A DNA stretch of 64,000 bases. Origin: an uncultured Pelagibacteraceae bacterium (GTDB taxonomy: Bacteria > Pseudomonadota > Alphaproteobacteria > Pelagibacterales > Pelagibacteraceae). Position 1 is the first letter of the stretch. Each line of letters starts with the position of its first letter. A model generated the notes under the pieces. That model was not told the DNA's origin. It saw only the letters and a program-made list of their open reading frames with translations, and did no database searches. The DNA is taken from the NCBI GenBank assembly GCA_902623305.1, contig CACNTB010000002.1, forward strand, positions 42,656 through 106,655. The letters run 5' to 3'. A program made the translations under genes and the position numbers. This document shows positions 57,425 through 64,000 of the stretch, one piece after another.

Positions 57425-58366
57425 TTATAAAGGTAAGAAACTTGTATCTACGTTTCCTTTTGGAGTTCCCATTCCATCCAAGAAACCACTTAGATTACCA
57501 CTCGTCATAGATTTTTTAGTTTCTTCAGGAGTTAAGAATTTAAATCCATCTAAAGTACCTTTCATTTTTGATACTTCCATCGCAGATGCTTTAGACATAG
57601 AATTCAAATCGCTTTTACCTGAATTATATCTTGCGTTAGCTTCATGAGTAACTTCAACAAAAGTCCTTACCATACCTGGATTTTCATTCATAAACTTATT
57701 AGTTACAGAAGTAATATCTATACCTAGAATACCTCCAGCTCTTGCTTCCTCAACTGAAATTAATCTAGAACCAACTTCTGTAGCTGCTGCAATTGAATTA
57801 CCTCCAAATAAACATGCCATTGCAACATCACCACTTACTAAAGCTGCAGCTCCATCTTCTGGAACCATATCAATAACAGTCATTTTGCTAGGATCGGCAC
57901 CAACAATTTCCATACTTGCAGTAAAAACATAATCAGCCATAGTACCTAAAGGCACTGCAACTTTTTTACCCTCTAATTCACTAGCGTTTGCTTTTGTAAT
58001 CCCAGAAGCATTAGATGTAACACATGTAGTTCCACCCATTCCATATTCCATTGCAATATCAATTAGTTTGATAGGTGCATTAGATTTTACAGCATTGATA
58101 AAAGGCACTAAACCTTGAGAGTAAGAAATATCAATATCTCCTGCTAGCATGGCTTCTGTCATTTCCACACCAGTATTGAAACTCGTCCACTTAACTGGAA
58201 CTCCTAAAGCTTTTGAGTAATTTTTCTTCATCATGTCCTCTAGGTTTGGACTTGGCCATTCTAGAAAGTATGCAACTCTAACTTCATTTGCAGCTGAATT
58301 AGCTACTGAAATTGATAGGTTAAGTGCAAAAATAGATCCTAGAATAAAACTTAGTATTTTTTTCAT
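57425..58366 (-). CDS. tauA: Taurine ABC substrate-binding protein
   Basis: Signal peptide, VAYFLEWPSP, LG..VKW.SFNTG.EM..AM.AGDIDI.YSQG..PF, GKKVAVP.GT; divergent from tpa. Confidence 0.85.
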   Translation of the reverse strand: MKKILSFILGSIFALNLSISVANSAANEVRVAYFLEWPSPNLEDMMKKNYSKALGVPVKWTSFNTGVEMTEAMLAGDIDISYSQGLVPFINAVKSNAPIKLIDIAMEYGMGGTTCVTSNASGITKANASELEGKKVAVPLGTMADYVFTASMEIVGADPSKMTVIDMVPEDGAAALVSGDVAMACLFGGNSIAAATEVGSRLISVEEARAGGILGIDITSVTNKFMNENPGMVRTFVEVTHEANARYNSGKSDLNSMSKASAMEVSKMKGTLDGFKFLTPEETKKSMTSGNLSGFLDGMGTPKGNVDTSFLPL

Positions 58367-58558
58367 TTATTCCCCTATGTTTAATTAATTAAATTCTGGA
58401 TATTTAAGTTCAAATTGACCCTGATGTAAAACAAAAAAAGAAACTTATACAATTTTTGGTTGTGTCAATAATGTGGTAGTTAATCTATTTATTTTAGTCT
58501 AAAGAGGCCTTAAGGTTAATATTATAAAAACAATTTAAATTTATTTAAAGAGAAATTT

Positions 58559-59905
58559 ATGAGCTCAGAGAACAGAACTTCAGTTCCAAATTCATTGAAC
58601 GAACATTGGATGCCGTTTACATCTAATAAAGATTTTAAAGCTAATCCAAGATTAATAACTGAAGCAAAAGGAGTTTATTTAAAAACTCATCATGGAAAAA
58701 CTCAAATTGATGCAAGCTCAGGATTATTTTGTAATCCATTAGGTCATGGTAGAAAAGAAATTACAGAGGCTGTTACGAAACAGTTAGAAACTTTAGATTA
58801 TGCTCAACCTTTTCAACAAGGTTTTGGTGGATCATTTGAATTGGCAACTAAGATTTCAAAACATACTCCAGGTGATCTTAATAAAATGTTTTTTACAATT
58901 TGCGGATCTACTGCAGTTGAAACAGCAATTAAAATTGCAGTTGCATATCACAGAGCAAAAGGGAATGCACATAGATTTAGATTTGTAGGCCGTGAGAGAG
59001 GATATCATGGAATGAACATTGGTTGTGTTTCAGTTGGTGGAATGATTAATAATGTTAAAACATTTGCGAGCATATTAATGCCAGGTGTTCAACACATGAG
59101 ACATACTCATTTACCAGAACATAAATTTGTAAGCGGACAACCTGAAACAGGTGGAGATCTTGCTGATGATTTAGAGAGAATAGCTAGCAACTTTGGTCCA
59201 GAAAATATTGCAGCATGTATTGTTGAGCCAATAGCAGGATCTACAGGAACTTTAGTTCCACCAAAAGGATATTTACAAAGATTAAGAGAAATTTGTGATA
59301 AGCATGGAATACTTTTAATTTTTGACGAAGTTATTACAGGATGGGGTAGAACAGGTTCAGCGTTTGCAAGTCATGAGTTTGGCGTAACACCAGATATAAT
59401 GACAATGGCAAAGGCAACTACAAACGGAGTTGTTCCAATGGGTGTTGTGGCATGTAAAGATGAAATTTATGATGCTGTTATGGATGCTTCACCAATGGGT
59501 TCAGTTGAATTATTTCATGGTTATACTTATTCAGGAATACCAGTTGCAGTAGCTGCTGGTTTAGCTGTACAGGATATATTTGAAAAAGATGATATATTTA
59601 ATAGAGCTAAAAATTTAGCACCTTACTTCCAAAAAGGTTTATTTTCACTTCAAGATTTAGAATCGGTGGATAATATTAGGGGTTACGGAATGATGGGTGG
59701 TATCGATATGAAAATGAATACCAAACCCGGAAAAGCTGGTTATGAATGTTTTAAAGCTTGTTACGAAGCAGGTGTTAACTTTAAAGCAACAGGCGATTGT
59801 TTAATCATAGCTCCTCAATTTATATGTGAAGAAAAACATATAGATGAGATTATTGATAAACTAAGAACAGGTATTACTAATTATCAAAGAAATCAAAAAA
59901 ACTAG
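58559..59905 (+). CDS. tpa: Class III omega-amino acid:pyruvate aminotransferase (taurine-pyruvate by context)
   Basis: HWMPFT, GSTAVETAIK, GYHG, IVEPIAGSTG, FDEVITGWGRTG, TMAK, FHGYTYSG; flanked by tauABC and ald. Confidence 0.75.
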   Translation: MSSENRTSVPNSLNEHWMPFTSNKDFKANPRLITEAKGVYLKTHHGKTQIDASSGLFCNPLGHGRKEITEAVTKQLETLDYAQPFQQGFGGSFELATKISKHTPGDLNKMFFTICGSTAVETAIKIAVAYHRAKGNAHRFRFVGRERGYHGMNIGCVSVGGMINNVKTFASILMPGVQHMRHTHLPEHKFVSGQPETGGDLADDLERIASNFGPENIAACIVEPIAGSTGTLVPPKGYLQRLREICDKHGILLIFDEVITGWGRTGSAFASHEFGVTPDIMTMAKATTNGVVPMGVVACKDEIYDAVMDASPMGSVELFHGYTYSGIPVAVAAGLAVQDIFEKDDIFNRAKNLAPYFQKGLFSLQDLESVDNIRGYGMMGGIDMKMNTKPGKAGYECFKACYEAGVNFKATGDCLIIAPQFICEEKHIDEIIDKLRTGITNYQRNQKN

Positions 59906-59934
59906 TTTTTTTAGTCTAAAATACAGATAAGTTT

Positions 59935-61047
59935 ATGAAAATAGGAGTACCCAAAGAAATTAAGCCCCAAGAAAATAGAATTGGATTAACTCCAGAAAGC
60001 GTGAAAACTTTAGTTTCAGAAGGTCATGAAGTATTAGTTGAAAATAATGGTGGATTTGAAGCTGGCTTCGAGAATGATCAATATTTAAAAGCCGGAGCTA
60101 AAATTGCTGATACAGCTTCTGATATTTTTAATGATGCAGAAATAGTTGTTAAAGTAAAAGAACCTCAAAAAGTAGAAGTTGACATGATAAGAGAAAATCA
60201 AATCGTATATACATACTTACATTTAGCAGCTGCTAAAGAATTAACTGAGGGGTTAATAAAATCTAAAAGTATTAATATTGCTTACGAAACAGTAACGGAT
60301 GACAATGGAAGACTGCCTTTACTTGCTCCAATGAGTGCTGTTGCGGGGAGAATGTCGGTACAAGCTGGTGCTCATTGTTTAGAAAAAAATCAAAAAGGTA
60401 GAGGAGTATTATTAGGAGGAGCGCCAGGGGGTGAACCAGCTACTGTATTAATTCTTGGAGGTGGAGTAGTTGGTGAAAACGCAGCAACTATTGCAACAGG
60501 AATGCAAGCAAAAGTTCATATAGTTGATAAATCTGATGCAAGGTTAAAACAACTTGTAGAAATGTTTGGCGATAAAATTATACCTGAACAAAGCAATAAA
60601 GTTGATTTAAATAAATTAGTTTCAGAAGCAGATCTTTTAGTTGGAGGTGTATTAATTCCAGGCGCAGAAGCTCCAAAACTAATTACTAAAGATATGTTGA
60701 AAATAATGAAGAGAGGTTCAGTTATTGTTGATGTTGCAATTGATCAAGGTGGATGTGTTGAAACAAGCAAACCCACGACACATGGAGATCCAACTTATAT
60801 TGTTGATGATGTGGTTCATTATTGCGTAGCGAATATGCCAGGTGGAGTTCCTAGAACTTCTACATTCGCACTAAATCAGGCAACTCTTCCTTATTTAGTA
60901 AAACTAGCAAATAAAGGTTACCAAAAAGCATTAAGTGAAGATAAAAACTTTTTAGCAGGTCTGAATGTTCATAAAGGTCATGTCACCTATAAGGCTGTTG
61001 CAGATGCTTTTGGACATGAATTTGTAGAACCTTCTTCAATTATTTAA
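59935..61047 (+). CDS. ald: Alanine dehydrogenase
   Basis: GVPKEIK..ENR, TYLHLAA, PMSAVAGR, DVAIDQGG, HYCVANMPG. Confidence 0.96.
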   Translation: MKIGVPKEIKPQENRIGLTPESVKTLVSEGHEVLVENNGGFEAGFENDQYLKAGAKIADTASDIFNDAEIVVKVKEPQKVEVDMIRENQIVYTYLHLAAAKELTEGLIKSKSINIAYETVTDDNGRLPLLAPMSAVAGRMSVQAGAHCLEKNQKGRGVLLGGAPGGEPATVLILGGGVVGENAATIATGMQAKVHIVDKSDARLKQLVEMFGDKIIPEQSNKVDLNKLVSEADLLVGGVLIPGAEAPKLITKDMLKIMKRGSVIVDVAIDQGGCVETSKPTTHGDPTYIVDDVVHYCVANMPGGVPRTSTFALNQATLPYLVKLANKGYQKALSEDKNFLAGLNVHKGHVTYKAVADAFGHEFVEPSSII

Positions 61048-62051
61048 TTATAAAAATTTAGGTACCAATCTATAAATTTTTTAATACCAGTTTTATAATT
61101 AGTTTTTGGATTGTATCCTGTAATTCTTTTTAAAAGTGAGCTGTCAGATAAAGTTGAATGCACATCTCCTTGTTGCATCGGTAAATAGTTGCGTCTTATT
61201 TTTTTATTTAGAATTTTTTCAAGGAAATTAATGAAATCTAAAAGATAGATTTTTTTTGTATTTCCAATATTTAAAATTCTGAAAGGAGCAACAGGAGACA
61301 AACTATCATTTTTTACTTTATTTTTTAAACTTAATGTGGGAAATCTATTTGTTAATTTATAAATTCCATCTACAATATCGTCGATGTAAGTATAATCTCT
61401 GTACATTCTACCTTTATTATAAATGTCAATTTTTTGACCTGCTAAAATTTTTTTTGTAAATTTAAAATAAGCCATATCTGGTCTGCCATAGGGACCATAA
61501 ACAGTAAAAAATCTCAACATTGTCACTGGTAATTTCCATAAGGCTGAATATGAGTGAGCCAAACTTTCAGTAGATTTTTTAGTAGCAGCATAAAAACTCA
61601 CTTGGTGGTCAGTTTTATCAATTTCTTTAAAGGGAAATTTTTTATTAGCACCGTAAACAGAGGAACTGGAGCCAATTATTAAATGTTTTACTTTAAATTT
61701 ACTAGCTACTTTTAAAATATTAAATGTTCCTAATATATTGGAGCTTAAGTAAGTATTGGGATTTTTAATACTATATCTAACCCCAGCCTGAGCAGCTAAA
61801 TGAATTATTATTTGTGGTTTAAATTTAAATACACAATCAAATAATTTTTTTTCGTTTTCTAAAGATCCTTTTGTAAAAATAAATTTTTTATATTTTTTTA
61901 ATATCTTAAGTCGACTCTTTTTTAAATTTATATCATAATAATTATTCATTGAGTCAAATCCGTATACTTTACAACCTTTATCTAGAAATTTTTTAGCCGT
62001 ATGAAAGCCGATAAAGCCTGATGATCCTGATATAAATATTTTAGATTTCAT
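61044..62051 (-). CDS. UDP-glucuronate 4-epimerase-like NAD-dependent epimerase
   Basis: GSSGFIGFH, HLAAQAGVRYS, YAATKK, RFFTVYGP.GRPDMA. Confidence 0.9.
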   Translation of the reverse strand: MKSKIFISGSSGFIGFHTAKKFLDKGCKVYGFDSMNNYYDINLKKSRLKILKKYKKFIFTKGSLENEKKLFDCVFKFKPQIIIHLAAQAGVRYSIKNPNTYLSSNILGTFNILKVASKFKVKHLIIGSSSSVYGANKKFPFKEIDKTDHQVSFYAATKKSTESLAHSYSALWKLPVTMLRFFTVYGPYGRPDMAYFKFTKKILAGQKIDIYNKGRMYRDYTYIDDIVDGIYKLTNRFPTLSLKNKVKNDSLSPVAPFRILNIGNTKKIYLLDFINFLEKILNKKIRRNYLPMQQGDVHSTLSDSSLLKRITGYNPKTNYKTGIKKFIDWYLNFYN

Positions 62052-62080
62052 TTTAATTATTTCTTTATTATAACATCCGA

Positions 62081-64000
62081 GTGAATAAAGAAATTCCTAA
62101 AAACACAAAAGTTGTTATTGTCGGTGGTGGTGTAATAGGGTGCTCAGTTGCTTATCATTTAACTAAATACGGCTGGAAAGATGTTGTACTACTTGAAAGA
62201 GATCAATTAACTTCTGGAACTACCTGGCATGCTGCTGGGTTGGTAAGTCAATTAGGACCTACCGCAGCAGTCACAAAAATAAGAAAATATACATTAGATC
62301 TTTATAAAAGATTGGAAAAAGAAATAGATCACTCTGCTGGTTTGAGAATAAATGGAGCTCTTTCTATTGCTCAAACAGATGCAAGATGGCAAGAGCTTAA
62401 AAGACAAGCTACAACTGCACAATTATATGATGTTGATCTTGAAGTTTTAAATAAAGATGACATTAAAAAAAAATATCCAATGATGCATGCTGATGACTTA
62501 AAAGGAGGTGTTTTAATGCCAGGAGATGGGGCTGCTGACCCAAGTGGAGTTACTCATATGCTAGCTAAAGCAGCAAGAAAAGGAGGTGCAAAAATATTTG
62601 AAAACTCTCCAGTTGAAAATATTTTAACTAAAAAAGGAAGAATTAACGGAGTAAAAGTAAATGGAATTGAAATAGAATGTGAATATGTAGTTTTGGCTAC
62701 AGGAATGTGGTCTCGACAAATAGGAGAAAAAATAGGAGTAAGTATTCCACTTTATCCAGCCGAACACTTTTATGTTATTACAGAGCCCATAGAAAACTTA
62801 TCAACAAAACTTCCAGTTATTAGAGATTTTGATAGCAGTGTTTATTTCAAAGAGGATGCAGGTAAATTATTAATTGGAATTTTCGAAGGAAAATCAATAC
62901 CAGCATTTAATAAAACAAATATAGTTCCTGAAGATTTTTCTTTTGGTGAATTTCCTGAAAACTTTGAACATTTCGAACCTTATTTAGAAAAGTCAATGAG
63001 AAGATTTCCTATACTTGAAAAAGTAGGAATAAGAAAGTTTTTTGCAGGACCCGAATCATTTACACCGGATACAAATTCTTTATTAGGTGAAGTCCCAGAA
63101 ATAAAAAATTTATTTGTAAGCTGTGGATTGAATAGTATTGGAATTGGAAGTGGCGGAGGAGTCGGAAAGGTAACAGCTGAGTGGTTAATCACAGGTCATA
63201 TTAATGAGGATATTTTTAATTATGATATTAAAAGATTTCAAAAATTTCATTCAGGTTTAAAATTTATTAAAAAGAGAATTACTGAATCTTTAGGTGATTT
63301 ATATGGAATGCATTGGCCTTACAAACAATACAAAACTTCAAGGAATGTTAAAACCTTGCCCTACCATTATTTATTAAAAGATTTTGGTGCATGTTTTGGA
63401 GTTTCAGCAGGATATGAAAGGCCAATGTGGTTTGCTTTAGACGGTGAAAAACCTGAATATAAATACAGTTACAATTTTCAAAATTGGTATCCTTCTGTTG
63501 AGTATGAAACAAATAACACAATTAAAAATGTTGGGTTGTTTGATTTAACACCTTTTTCTAAATTTGAAATAAAGTCTGAAAAAGCACACGAAGAGTTACA
63601 AAAAATTTGTACTGCAAATATAAAACATCAAGCAGGTAAATGTACTTATACACAAATGCTAAACGAAGATGGTGGAATAGAAACAGATTTAACAGTGGTT
63701 TGTATCGATCAAAATTATTTTAGGATAATTAGTTCTGCAGCAACTAGGGAGAGGGATAAGTTTCATATAAATAAACATTTAAGTAAAGAGGTAAATCTTA
63801 GAGATGTTACAGATGATTATTGTGTATTTGGTTTATTTGGACCAAATAGTAGATTGTTGATGGAAAAATTAAGTAATGATGATTTCAGTAATGAAAATTT
63901 TAAATTTTCATATTCAAAAACAATTAAAATTGATGAAACAAAAATTTGGGCTCAAAGATTATCTTACGTTGGAGAATTAGGGTATGAACTTTATGTAAAA
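62081..64000 (+). CDS. GcvT-family FAD-dependent dehydrogenase (dimethylglycine/sarcosine dehydrogenase-like), 3' end outside window
   Basis: Translated by hand from GTG 62081: MNKEIPKNTKVVIVGGGVIGCSVAYHL..GWKDVVLLER.QLTSGTTWHAAGL; later GPESFTPD, GYERPMWF, AQRLSYVGELGYEL. Confidence 0.92.
   Translation, partial: MNKEIPKNTKVVIVGGGVIGCSVAYHLTKYGWKDVVLLERDQLTSGTTWHAAGLVSQLGPTAAVTKIRKYTLDLYKRLEKEIDHSAGLRINGALSIAQTDARWQELKRQATTAQLYDVDLEVLNKDDIKKKYPMMHADDLKGGVLMPGDGAADPSGVTHMLAKAARKGGAKIFENSPVENILTKKGRINGVKVNGIEIECEYVVLATGMWSRQIGEKIGVSIPLYPAEHFYVITEPIENLSTKLPVIRDFDSSVYFKEDAGKLLIGIFEGKSIPAFNKTNIVPEDFSFGEFPENFEHFEPYLEKSMRRFPILEKVGIRKFFAGPESFTPDTNSLLGEVPEIKNLFVSCGLNSIGIGSGGGVGKVTAEWLITGHINEDIFNYDIKRFQKFHSGLKFIKKRITESLGDLYGMHWPYKQYKTSRNVKTLPYHYLLKDFGACFGVSAGYERPMWFALDGEKPEYKYSYNFQNWYPSVEYETNNTIKNVGLFDLTPFSKFEIKSEKAHEELQKICTANIKHQAGKCTYTQMLNEDGGIETDLTVVCIDQNYFRIISSAATRERDKFHINKHLSKEVNLRDVTDDYCVFGLFGPNSRLLMEKLSNDDFSNENFKFSYSKTIKIDETKIWAQRLSYVGELGYELYVK

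Noticed and set aside
1889-63192. About 30 short 60-130 aa ORFs in the track lying inside or antisense to longer genes (for example 4367..4585, 21325..21633, 40221..40553, 42708..43064, 50727..51116, 62980..63192)
   Set aside because: Shadow frames of well-supported genes with no recognisable motifs.
1-64000. tRNA, rRNA, IS, integrase or prophage genes
   Set aside because: Largest spacers are under 200 nt with no tRNA-like structure seen; no ORF shows transposase, recombinase or phage motifs.

Overview
Very AT-rich, gene-dense bacterial chromosome segment with tiny or overlapping intergenic spacers. Gene content and streamlining point to a SAR11 (Ca. Pelagibacter-like) marine alphaproteobacterium; this is an inference and no database search was run. 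In order: end of an Fe(III) ABC operon and azlCD; persulfide dioxygenase with cytochrome b561 and cytochrome c'; a non-phosphorylative sugar-acid operon ending in ppc; a 12-gene reverse-strand run of very small proteins, including two SMR transporters lacking Glu14, behind a structured leader; cysE-cysK; two carbohydrate-type ABC catabolic clusters with only one ATPase between them; aox-pcs; a DHPS/taurine sulfonate cluster (hpsN, pta, ComC-like, tauABC, tpa, ald); and a GcvT-family dehydrogenase running off the right edge, missing from the ORF track. The best candidates for undescribed systems are cluster A (MetE-like Zn enzyme, bicupin, two double-SnoaL proteins, Asp-less HAD, ABC importer) and cluster B (Tm-1-like UPF0261 and TIM-barrel pair with ribokinase, SDR, NagD-like HAD, FAD dehydrogenase, LysR). 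Cluster B appears inserted into cluster A between 10-bp direct repeats. No rRNA, tRNA, CRISPR, transposase or integrase was recognised.
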